This document shows positions 40,198-53,659 of a stretch of 64,000 nucleotides of DNA, piece by piece. Source of the DNA: the human T2T-CHM13v2.0 reference genome, Homo sapiens. The stretch is taken from the NCBI RefSeq assembly GCF_009914755.1, contig NC_060933.1. One strand, 5' to 3'. The notes beneath the pieces were generated by a model that was not told the DNA's origin, made no database searches, and was given only the letters and a program-made list of their open reading frames with translations. Within the stretch, counting starts at the first letter, position 1; every line of letters begins with the position of its first letter. Made by a program: the position numbers and the translations under genes.

Positions 40198-41468
40198 GGG
40201 CCAAATGGGGCAGTGGAGGTGTAGACCATCTGTGTGGTCATCCTGGTTCCCCTCCCAGGTAGAGACACATCTGGAAGTCGTTAGTTCTGGGGCATTTTGG
40301 CACCTCGCTCAGCAATCCCCTGGGTCCAGAGCAGCCCTGGCCCAGGCCTGGTATTCTTATCAGCTCCTAGTACATCTGTGATGGACAATGCCTGCCACCT
40401 GGGATTATGTTGTCCAGTGTTGAGTGTGTGGAGGAGGAGACAGGGCTGCTGTTTTGGGCACGAACACTCTCCTGGGCCAGCCTGAAGGATAGAGTGTCCT
40501 CCCAAAGTTGACTCAGTTGGAGAGGTCTGAGTCTCTGCTCTGGCTGTGGGAGGCTGTCGAGTCACCAGGTGGGAAGGTTTCCCCGGGGGCCAAGAGGACA
40601 AGTCTACAGCTGACCTGGTTGTAGTGGCAGAAGAACAAGGGGCTCAGCCAGCAAACAGGAGAAAGGAGGCCCACTCCCAGAGATGTCCCCGGGCACTGTG
40701 GTGGTGGCCACCTCTAACATGCTGGTTTTTTTTTTTTTTACGATGAGCTGCTCTTTTCATACACTGAGTGATAACTGGATCATTGCATTAAATTGACTGC
40801 TTCTCCTGCTAGGTATTAGCTGATAGTTTTTTCTTTTGCCCCTCCCTCTTGCCTACACATCTGTATCACCTGGAGAGGTTATTAAGAGTTGCCCAGGCCT
40901 CATCCATCCCCAAAGAGCTGTATCAGAATCCCTGGGGATGGGAAAAAGGTGGAAGCTGGGTTTTATTGTGCTGTAAAAAGTCATGATAGGGATTTTGAGT
41001 GTGTTTTCAGCATTGCGAAGGGCTGCCTGGTAGGTTGGACTCAAGGACCTAGCTGTGTTCTCAAGAAGAGTGTGGGCTGGGCACTGTGGCTCACACCTGT
41101 AATCCCACCATGTGTGAGCACCTGCAGGGTGCCTGGAACCATGCATGGCTCCTCATGGCTGCACATGCGTGTCTGCTGAGTATAAGAAAAAGATCTGAAA
41201 GAAATCATTGCTGTTCAGAACAATCTTCACTCAGCACATGGCAACATGCTGGGGATATGCTCATGTCCATACATGTGTCCATGCACATGATCTGTGCTCA
41301 GGAAACTGGGGAAAGAAACTGAAAGTAAGCTAAAAAAAAAAAATAGCATGTTCTCAGGGCACACTATCACACACACCCGAACTCAGCTGACTCCTGTGTG
41401 GCTTGCTTGTGGCCCAAATCACCTGTTTTCCTCCTACTTCCAACCTTCCCGAGGTTGGAAGGTGCTAG

Positions 41469-43060
41469 TGAGAGGTGACACAGTGCTAGCAGTGCTAGCA
41501 GCCCTCGCAGCCCTCGCTCACTGTTGGCGCCTCCTCGGCCTCCGCGCCCACTCTGGCCGCACTTGAGGAGCCCTTCAGCCTGCCACTGCACTGTGGGAGC
41601 CCTTCTCTGGGCTGGCCGAGGCCGGAGCCGGCTCCCTCCGCTTGCGGTGAGGTGTGGAGGGAGAGGCACGGGCCGGAACCGGGGCTTTGCGCAGCACTCG
41701 TGGGCCCGCTAGATTCCGGGTGGGCATGGGCTTGGCAGCCCCGCACTCAGAGTGGCTGGCCCTGTCGGCTCCGGGCAGTGAGGGGCTTAGCACCCTGGCC
41801 AGCAGCTGTGGAGGGTGCCCCGGGTCCCCCAGCAGTGCTGGCCCACCTGTGCTGCGCTCAATTTCTCGCCAGGCCTTAGCTGCCTCCCGCAGGGCAGGGC
41901 TCGGGACCTGCAGCCCCCTATGCCTGAGTCTTCCCCCCGGCGGCCGCCCCCGCCCCCCGGCCCCCCGGCACCCCCCGCCCCCCCCGCCCCCCCCGGGCCC
42001 CAGCAGCCGCCGCCCCCCCTCGCCACCCCACCGCCGCCGCCCCCCGCCGCACCGCTGCCCCCGCCCCGCCACCGCCACCCCCCGCCACCGCCCCCCTCCC
42101 CCACCACGGGCTCCTGGGCTGCCTGAGCCTCCCCAACGAGCACCACCCCCTGCTCCACAGCGCCCAGTCCCATCAACCACCCAAGGGCTGAGGAGTGCGG
42201 GTGCACCGTAAGGGACTGGCAGGCAGCTCCACATGCGGCCCCCCTGCCAGACCCACTGGGTGAAGCCAGCTGGGCTCCTGAGTCTGGTAGGGACTTGGAG
42301 AATCTTTATGTCTAGCTAAGGGATTGTAAATACACCAATCAGCACTCTGTATCTAGCTCAAGTTTTGTAAATGCACCAATCAGCACTCTGTGTCTAGCTG
42401 AGGGTTTGCAAATACACCAATCCACACTCTGTATCTAGTTAATCTGGTGGGGACTTGGAGAACCTTTATGTCTAGCTCAGGGATTGTAAACGCACCAATC
42501 AGCACCCTGTCAAAAAGGAACAATCAGCTCTCTGTAAAACAGACCAATTGGCTCTCTGTAAAATGGACTAATCAGCAGGATGTGGGTGGGGCCAGATAAG
42601 AGAAGAAAAGCAGGCTGCTGGCGCCAGAAAAGAGAATAAAAGTGGCAACCCGCTCCGGTCGACTTCCATACTGTGGAAGCTTTGTTTTTTCGCTTTTTGC
42701 GGTAGATATTTCTACTACTCACTCTTTGGGTCCACGCTGCCTTTATGAGCTGTAATACTCACCGCAGAGGTCTGCAGCTTCACTCCTGAAGCCAGGGAGA
42801 CCAGGAACCCACCGAGAGGAACAAACAACTCCAGACGCGCCGCCTTAAGAGCTGTAACACTCAGGGCGAAGGTCTGCAGCTTTACTCTGGAGCCAGCGAG
42901 ACCACGAACCCACCAGAAGGAAGAAACTCCGAACGCATCTGGACATCAGAAGGAACAAACTCCGGACACGCCGCCTTTAAGAACTGTAACACTCACGGCG
43001 AGGGTCCGCCGCTTCTTTCTTGAAGTCAGTGAGACCAAGAACCCACCAATTCCAGACACA
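41469..43060 (+). mobile_element. Solo LTR12 (HERV9/ERV9; LTR12C/E-like)
   Basis: TGAGAGGTGACA start, GC-rich U3, tandem CACCAATCAGCACTCTGT.TCTAGCT repeats, U5 GAGCTGTAACACTCAC repeats, CCAATTCCAGACACA end; flanks CTAG/CTGG. Confidence 0.97.
42320..42645 (+). promoter_or_regulatory. LTR12 enhancer/promoter: NF-Y CCAAT array, GATA site, AATAAAA TATA-like box
   Basis: Repeated CCAAT, AGATAAG at 42594, AATAAAA at 42635; known ERV9 LTR architecture. Confidence 0.7.
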
Positions 43061-43490
43061 CTGGTAGAGAGTCGATTTAGCAAAGTGTCATTGCCACACA
43101 GAGGGTCCTGTGGGCAGTGACGTTTTGGGGAAGGCGCTGCAGAAAGGTCAGCCGTAGCTTGCTTGCTCCTGGGTTTTACCTCTTCTTCTGCAGAGATTCA
43201 GAGCTACAAAAGTCAGACTCCTTGCCACAGGTTTCAAGTGCCGTGGAAGTCCTGCGTGGGGACAGGCAAGGCCTCATGACATCTTGGGACACAGCCCTTG
43301 GAGGTAGAGGGAGAGGCCACAGACACCCCCAGAGAGAGCACAGAGCCCTCGGCAGCTGGCCTCACCAGGCTCTGGAGGAGGTGCCTCGGCTTGCCTCTTT
43401 CGAACTGGTGTCTTTTCCAAGGCCCAAGTGACTTGCAAATCCACTTTCATCTGCCATAGCATGTTAAAAGTTCTCAAAAACCACAGGGCA

Positions 43491-43793
43491 GGCCGGGTGC
43501 AGTGGCTCACTCCTGTAATTCCAGCATTTTGGGAGGCCGAGGTGGGCAGATCATGAGGTCAAGGGGTCGAGACCAGCCTGGCCAACATGGTGAAACCCCG
43601 TCTCTATCAAAAATACAAAAATTAGTCGGGTGTGGTGGCGCGGGCCTGTAATCTCAGCTACTCGGGAGGCTGAGGCAGGAGAATCCCTTCAACCTGGGAG
43701 GTAGAGGTTGCAATGAGCCTAGACTGTGCCATTGTTCTCTAGCCTGGGTGACAGAGCAAGACTCTGTCTAAAAAAAAAAAAAAAAACCAAAAA
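43491..43793 (+). mobile_element. Alu (AluS)
   Basis: Full Alu with poly-A tail. Confidence 0.95.
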
Positions 43794-44559
43794 CATGGGG
43801 CATCTGAAGTTACGACTTCCAGATAATTTAGCAAAAGAGAAAGGTTTCAGAGTAGGAATTTAGCTATGATTTTTTTTAAATTAAATTTTTTAAAATGTGA
43901 AAGCACATATTGTGGTGTCTCTTAGCCCCAGAGCCAGAGGGCAATTAGACTCTAGTGTCCTCATTGTACCCTAAAGCAAAAGCTAAGCGTGCTCCTGGCA
44001 GGCACAGGCCGTAGCAGGGCCTACAGGCTGCCCCTTTCTTGGTAGTGCAGTGATCCTAGCCAGATCCAGACATATATACTTGGCCCACGGTGAGGGGCTG
44101 GCAGGGTTGTGGGAGAGGGTCTGTGTGGCACATGCTGAGTGGTGGATTGTTCTCAGAGTGAAGTGTGTTTTTCTTCTCCAGCACTGCCTCTCTGTAGAGA
44201 CACGCCTGGCCAGCAGCAGAAGCTCCAGCATTCTTTGTTATCACCTCTCTGGACTAAGTGAGAAGTCCACCCGTCCTATCCCTCTTTACCTTCCAGTTGG
44301 GGTTGGGGCCAGCGACTGCTGCATACTGTGGGTGGCAGTTTTGAGATGCACCCACACGTTCTTCAGCACCCCTACCCCTGAGGGGTGAGGTCTGCCTCCT
44401 CCCCTGGGACCCAGGCTCATCTTCAGGACTGGCGGATCCACAGTGTCCAGCAGACAGTGTGTCTGCTGGGATGGTGTCTGACTCCTGAGGATGAGCCCTC
44501 AAAGGCACTGCAGCTTCTACACTGAGCGCTGCTGGGAGGTTCTTGCTGGAGCCCTGAGT

Positions 44560-44840
44560 GTTAATAACACCCAACAAGTCCTGCCACCTGTGGCCGCCAT
44601 AATGCCAGGAAGCACAAAATATCCCATGGGGAGAGAGCACATGGGAAGGGTTGAGGCTGTATGATGAGATGCCTGGCCAGCCCCTGACAGCTCCTGTCAC
44701 TGTCTGACTACACCGCAGAAAGCCCTAAGCCAGAGCCACCCAGCTGAGCCTTCCTGACACCAGGAGTGAGCATAAAATAACTGTGGTTGTTTTAAGACAC
44801 TCAGTTTGGGACGATTTGTTACACAGCAGTAGACAATGAG
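44560..44840 (+). mobile_element. MLT1 (H/I/J-like) LTR 3' part
   Basis: CCACCCAGCTGAGCC...GTTGTTTTAAGACACTCAGTTTGGG..ATTTGTTACACAGCAGTAGA. Confidence 0.7.
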
Positions 44841-45602
44841 GATACCTGATGCTCCCTGCTATTACCCTTCTCGCTCCAGACTGGGAAACCCCATGCTTCC
44901 TGGACAGCCCATGGATTCTTAGAGAGAGGGCCCAAGGGTTCTTCTCCTGCCATTTCCAGCTCTCGGCCCTCAACAAGGCTGCTTCAGATGACGAGGCACA
45001 AATCCCAAGCCTTATGCTTGCTTACTTACAAGTGCCTCTGCTAATTTACTTTTAATTCCTCCCTTTCTTTCAAAGGGCTTGCAGGTGCCTTGGCATGCTC
45101 CCACAAGGAGTTAAAATGAAATCAAGGACATTGGCAGACTTTAGTAGAAAAGTGGGGAAGAGAAATGAATATATCAGGAATCTAAGATAAAGTGGATGCT
45201 GGCATGGAGTTAATACTTAACTCTCATTTCTTGACAGCTAAGGGTTTTTTTTTTTTGAAGTGCCAGTTCTTTAAAAAAAAAAAAAGGTAGAGTAGTTCCT
45301 CCAGAGAGGCAAGTTATTTTCCTGGCATTTTTGCCCAGAAAAATAAAGTATTTAAATATACAGCATAGGAAATAACATAACATTTAATGTTTCCAACAAA
45401 ATGTGTTTTCAGAGGAATAAAACTCTCACGTGGTAATTTTTCGTGTCGTTGCATAATAAAGTCCTTGGGCAAAATGTTTTGTCCTCCTCTGGGCACAGCC
45501 TATCTTTTGGCAGCTGGACAGAGCTCAGAAGACCCGGGAGACACAATCTGCCTTGGCGGGCAGGTCCCTTGTGGACATCGGCAGCCCTTGCTGTGCTTTT
45601 AG

Positions 45603-46125
45603 CAGGAACAGGGTGATGTCTCACCAATGCCAGGGGCAGATATTCTGGGCCGTTGAATGAGGCCGGATCCACATGCTCTTGAGCTTTCCAGACAAAGCAA
45701 ATGCTGACATTCTGTTCCACAAGTCCTGTCGGGAACTCTGGCTCCAGTGGAGAGCCAGGGGACCGTGAGGGCCAGTCAGCGCCTGCTTCTCCCTTAGAAG
45801 GTTTGTTGGGCTGGAATATCTGGACGGCACTCCATGGACTTCTCTGGAGCATGAGACAATCTGAATAGGCACAGGTGGTGCCTTGGATCTGTGCTGTGTG
45901 ACTCAAGCTGCAGGCTGGAGGTTCTCCCTGGAGACAGCTCGGGCTGCTGTCCTGCTATAGGAACTGGCCAGGCCTCCCTCTGCAGGCACCAAGTAATGGC
46001 TTTGCGTTCTTGTTGGTCACGGCTAACATGTATTCATGCCACACAAAACACAGGCACGTGCGGTGCGTGGGTTTTTATGCCTTATCGCCTGTACCAAAAA
46101 TAAATCTTCCTTGTCAGGCCTGACT
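45603..46125 (+). ncRNA. Candidate terminal lncRNA exon
   Basis: Acceptor CCCTTGCTGTGCTTTTAG|CAG (NAGNAG); AATAAA 46099-46104. Confidence 0.3.
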
Positions 46126-47209
46126 CCAGAGCATGGGAGTGGGCACAGCGTCAGTCGTCTGGCACTGCCTCCCTTGTCATCCTGGGGTTGCCATCATGGA
46201 ATGGAACTGCTCTCTGTCTGCTTTGTCTTACTCCTCCACTCCAGCGTGTACCCACAGAGAGGAATGGCACAGGGGACACACATTTCCCTGGATGTGGGAC
46301 ATCTGCAAGGGCTCTCTGTGTGTCCCTCCAGCAGGAGGGCTGTGTCCTGTTCTTTGGGGGAGCTGGGGATCTGGTGGGTATAAATGCTCCACCTCCGGCT
46401 TCCAGCATCCTAACAGAGGCTGCGCCCATTTGGGCAGAAGATTGGACCCGGGGCAGGGTCCGTGAGCACTGGGAGGCTCGCCAGTGGCTTGGCCCTGCGT
46501 AAACCTGGACAACTTGGACAAACTCTGGGGCAGGGTGGGGAGAGGCCCAGGAACTACCCTGGTGGAAATTCCCACCCATGTGGTGTGGGGGATCCGGCTC
46601 TTGATATGTAGGGAAATGACGAATGTGCAATTTTCTGCTCACCTGAGATCCACGCTGGCCATAAGAGCATTATTATTTTCTGACAGGACAATAAAAATGC
46701 GTGCTTTCTCTTACCATCTAGCTCTGTGCACTCCAGTTAAATCACACCTAGCTGGCTGCTGACTCAGCCTCTTGCAGAACGTCCAGACAGATGTTCCAAC
46801 ATTACCTGGTCACTCCTGCCTGGAGCTGCAGCCTCCCTGCTGGTTCCCATCCCCAGGGAGCCGGCCTGCTCTTCCTGCCCTGCCACCTGTGTTGCTCCAG
46901 GCTCAGCCCTCATCCTCGGGGAGCATCAAGGTCAGAGTCAGCAATGCTCTCACGTGGTTCTGAACAACATGCCCAGGCAGCTCCCAAGAGCAGCTCTGCC
47001 AGATTCTACCATTCCCATTCTCCTGTTGGTGACTATATGCCTTCTCTTTTTATAAAACTATTTCCTTCTCCTTTGTAGGCAGCTCACTCAGTTTCCTTAT
47101 GGCTGAGTTGCCCCCTTGGTAAGTGAGATATCAGATGTAGGATGCCTAGAAGCCCCTCTACAAAGGACACTGATGACTATGATACTGATGATGTACAGCT
47201 TTCTAGAAG

Positions 47210-47580
47210 CATTGGTGGACCCTGCTATGCACTCTAGACTCCCTTCCAGGAAGACCTTGCTGCCCAGCTGCAGGGATGTGGTCAGCAGACAGCCCCCAGC
47301 TGGCCTTCCTCCAGGCTCAGGGTCACCTCAGCTTCCTCAGCCACTGCACCCATCCCAGGTGGCCACCTCCAGCACTGGGGTGCAGTCCAGGAGGCAGTCG
47401 CACAGGGCCGGCAGCTGCCTAACGGGCAAATCTTCAGTGGTATCCCTGACCTACAGCCCCCTCGGGGCCAGCCCAGGCTGGCAGGGAGCCTGTATCTTGC
47501 TGTCCTGTACCCTGCCCTGTGCTATGGATCCCAGGGTGCTCCTTCATCCAACCCTGCATGCCAGCTCTGTGAGAGTTGGC
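47210..47580 (+). mobile_element. LTR33-like ERVL LTR
   Basis: CTCCCTTCCAGGAAGACCTTGCTGCCCAGCTGCAGG..GTCAGCAGACAGCCCCCAGCTG resembles LTR33. Confidence 0.55.
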
Positions 47581-48168
47581 TAGGATGGGCACAGATGTCA
47601 AAGCTGGGGGGCCGGAGAGTTTACTTCCAGCTCCCTCTTTCAATAGGTGAGGCGCAGCATGGCTGACCTGCAGCTCAGCCCCAGCCTCTCTCTGCATATT
47701 CATTGGGACAGCAGACAGGAGGCCAGAGAGCCAGTGCTTCCGACAGAAGCCAGGGAGGCCTGTGGAAAACTGTATTTCCTTGTGGTTTATACAATGAGAA
47801 CACTGGTGTAGAGTTCCAGGCCCCTCCACTCTGTAGGGCATTTTATTTCTTGGCTTCAGTGTCAGAGGACAGAATGACATTAGCCCCATTCAATATTTCT
47901 TTCATGCTCTCAAGGGAGGCTGCAGGGCTCCACCTGCCCATCCTGTATGTCTGTAATTTTTGCTCCTGGTTTATTACTTACCCACATGCGCAATGTAAAC
48001 ACGTGCCTACTGAGTGGCCAGGCCGGTCACAGCATCCACCTCCTGAAACCTGTCAGGAGGGGCAGGAGGGGCTCAGAGCCACTTGTGTCCTGGGAGCACA
48101 GGACTGGGAATCAGATGGGCTTAAAGTCTCCCCACTGACTTTTATCAGAGCCACATGACCTAGAGGGC

Positions 48169-48549
48169 TGTCTTAGTCCATTTCCCATTGCTTGTAACAG
48201 AATACCTGAAACTGGGTAATGTATAAAGAAAGGGAATTTCTTACAGTTCTGGAGGCTGGGAAGTCCAGGGTCAAGGGCGTGCCTCTGGGGAGGACCTCCT
48301 TGCTGGTGGGGACTGACGAACATGCTCAGCAAGGCATCACGTGGTAAGGGGGCTGAGCGTGCTTTCCTTTGCTCATAAAGCCACTGAGATAACCCTTTAA
48401 TCTGTTAATCAATGAAGAGATTAATCTGTTCCTAAAGGCAGAACCCTCATGATCCAATCACTTCTGATAGGCCCCACCTGAGTCTCAATATTGCCACATT
48501 GGGGATTTAGTTTCAACACGAGCTTTGGAGGGAACATTCAAACCATACA
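48169..48549 (-). mobile_element. MST (C/D-like) solo LTR
   Basis: TGTCTTAGTCCATTT...TTACAGTTCTGGAGGCTGGGAAGTCCA...ACATTCAAACCATA. Confidence 0.85.
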
Positions 48550-49104
48550 AGGATATACACATTCCCGGTCCTCACACATAAACTGGGCGGGAGAGCCTCA
48601 GGAGCTGTAGTACTGCCCCCTCAAGTTTCCCTAAAAGCAGCTGCCTTTCTTAGAGCTCAAGGCTGAGGGCACAGCACCGCCCAACTAAAGCTCGGCTGCC
48701 CTATATTCTGACGGATCCTTATTGATAAGGCCTGGAAAAGAGATATCCAGGGGAAAAGAACCCAATAGGAAAGAAATTGTGATTCAGGGCCTGGAACAAT
48801 TTTGAGACTGTCATCAAGCCAAATGCAGAAGGAAAAAACCCACAAAAACAAGGTAACTAAAAACAGGGTAAAATGATAAGCACCCTAAGAGAGTTGTAGT
48901 GCAAATATGAAACCAATAAAAAGATGTTATGAAATGAAGCCATGAGGAGCTATAAGACAGGAGGAATTAGTTCATCTTCATGCCGGGAATATTGTTCCTG
49001 GCCTGCAGGATGGGAGAATGGCTCTGCAGAGAAGGAAGCTCATTCCTAGGGTGGCTCTACTTGGGTCAGAATTGAACAATAGTTTATAGTTATAATAACG
49101 TGAA

Positions 49105-49406
<302 letters not shown>

Positions 49407-49727
49407 TTAGAAATCATTTATAAACAGAGCACATGCTGTGTGTTTGTCACTAAAGTGAAGATGGTCAAAAGTAAAAGGCAGGGGAAAAAGGGACATTTAG
49501 AAAAAGGTAGGAAAGTCAAGCAAAGGTGGGAGAATTGCTATTCTCATTGCTATTCTTTCATCTTGGAAAATAAGGTGTCAGGAATTACTCCTGAAAGCTG
49601 ATAAAACAGATACTGAAATATATTCTTAGAGTTCCAAAGATAACAAATAAACTAGCTAAAGTCATAAATATAAATGCCAGACATTGGGAAAAGAGGGTAG
49701 CATAAGTTAGCAAAATATCCACTTTCC

Positions 49728-50017
49728 TTTTTTTTTTTTTTTTCTGAGACGGAGTCTCGCTCTGTAGCCCAGGCTGAAGTGCAATGGCACGATCTCAGCT
49801 CACTGCAACCTCCGCCTCCCAGATCCTGGTTCAAGCAATTCTCCTGCCTCAGCCTCCTGAGTAGCATAGGCATGCTCCACCAGTTATTTTTGTATTTTTA
49901 GTAGAGACGGAGTTTCACCATGTTGGCCAGGCTTGTCTTGAACTCCTGACCTCGTGATCTGCCCACCTCGGCCTCCCAAAGTGCTGAGATTACAGGTGTG
50001 AGCCACCGTGCCTGGCC
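49728..50017 (-). mobile_element. Alu (AluS)
   Basis: Reverse-complement Alu with small internal indels. Confidence 0.95.
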
Positions 50018-50433
50018 ACAAGATATTCACTTTTCAACTGGAAAGTCAATTGGTGTTTCCCACAGCTGATAACTTGTCAGAACAGAGGCATCTATCACAG
50101 GCAATCACAGATGACTGAATCCAGGAACAGCTATCAGATTTTCCCCGGAGAGGTGGAGAGGGGAGAGTGTAAGACCTTTGCCTTGCATCATAGCCTCTTT
50201 TGTTGTTGGTTTTTTCCCCCCTTTGGCTATCAGGTGATGTATTACATGGTACAAATAAACATTTTTAAAAGGCAATATGTCTTTGCAGAAAACTTGGAAA
50301 ATATAGAAAAGCAAATAGAGAAAAGTAAAATTACTGGCAATCAGGGATAACCAGTTAGGATTCTTATTGTTGGTAGATTTCATATTCCATTATGGTCATT
50401 TTTCTTAAATAATTATTGTGTATACATTTTTGA

Positions 50434-50738
<305 letters not shown>

Positions 50739-51276
50739 AACAGGAGCGTGTGATAAGTTTAGATTTCTTTGAAAATGAAGTTTTAAATATTATGTATTAA
50801 TATTTACATATTATCCTCCATCACCTTATGCACCACAACATATAATAATTCCCCTAATATGGGATATTTGGGTTGTTTGCAGTATATGTTATTATGACAA
50901 ATTCCAAGGTAAGCTTTTTTTAAACATAAATCTTAGTATTCTTAAAGGTTTCCTTAGGATATATTCTTAGGGGATTACAGGGTCAATATGTATAAAGATG
51001 TTTAAAGCTCTATGTTGCAAGAATGCTTTCAGTAAGACTCCACTTAATTTCCTTTTCTTTGAAGGTCTACTAGTCTACCCATTGTCATGGTTTGTATCCT
51101 TTGGACCTATAGGTTATACTGAAAGTTAACATGTAATTATCAGAGATTTGCTATTTATCTGGGAGAAATTCCATTATTATGTGGTGTTGGTAGCACACTG
51201 TAAATATTGACCTCTGTAGCTAGGTGTAAAACCACAGGATTTGTGAATTCAAACCACTAATGAGTCCTGAAAATAG

Positions 51277-51800
<524 letters not shown>

Positions 51801-51828
51801 CTCATCAAGATTTTAAAAAGCTTCTTCA

Positions 51829-52174
<346 letters not shown>

Positions 52175-53330
52175 AACTACTACTGCAGCAATCCCTTTCA
52201 GTGCTTCAAAAGATCAGAACTTTACCACGATTGACTCCTATGAAACTGAAGCTCTATGGGGCATTTTGACTTCAAAAGCAGCCACACAAAATATACCTCA
52301 AGTAATCCAAGGACACAAGGACACAGACGATGTTTGTGGGGAGGCTCAGAAATACTCCCCAACTTCTGAGAACATTAGATATTTTTATCTAGAGTGAAGA
52401 AAGCAGAAAATGACAAAAGATAAAATTCAGATACCAGAAGTTTAAGAGGACCATATAGACCAAATCCATTTTGTTCCGGGTGGGGCAGAGAGGTGCTTTT
52501 ATAGAGAATTTGAAGGCCTCTAGAAGCTTCCAGTAACTGTGCAGGTTAGAATTTGAAAAAGTGCAAATAACTGAGAGGGAATCCATCTTAAACTGTAGTG
52601 TCTTTTCAAACTTTTTGTGAGTGCTCTGGTTCTGATCTCTCTCTTGTGTAGGTGACAGCTTTGCTGAGACAGAGGCTTTCTTCCTGTCTCGAGAAGGGAG
52701 CATCTGCACCATTATCAGTTCCTCTGAGTTGCTAATTACTTTTTGGTTTTGTGATTCTCTCAACAAAATAACATATCAAGAGAGGATGCTGCCAAGGCCT
52801 GGCTTTACAGTTGCATTATGAATCTTCTTGGACTGTCCTCTGAAGTTGGCCAGGCTCATCAAATATTTATAAACTCAGTACCTAATTCCACAGGGCACCT
52901 CGAAACATACACCATGAATGAGGCTATGGGCCTGGAGGCTGGGATCTTCAAGCTCACTGAAGCCACAGGGTGTCCTTATAAAAGAGCTTCATAAAAATGC
53001 AAATTAATAATAACAGTAGATCATCACTTATTCAACCTCCACTTTGAGGATCGTGGGCCATAATTAGGATGAAGTGCCAAGAACTGAGCCCCAGGGAGTT
53101 TGTAACTTTTTTTACTCTGGGGTCTAAGGGACATCATGGGGGCTTTTTGAGTTGAAAAATAAAGTGAAATTTGTGTCTCACACTACACCTACAGTTCCTT
53201 CTTGTCTCGATTGCCAGGAGGAAAGACTGAGATATAATACCTATCAGAGAATACTGACTGAAAAATAATTCACATTAATTCAACCTATTTATCCATGATG
53301 CCATTTTAATCATTAAAACATGGAAGACTT

Positions 53331-53659
<329 letters not shown>

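Noticed and set aside
41524-42234. Pro-rich and Gly-rich ORFs (formin/WASP-like)
   Set aside because: Translation of the GC-rich LTR12 U3 and its C-rich expansion.
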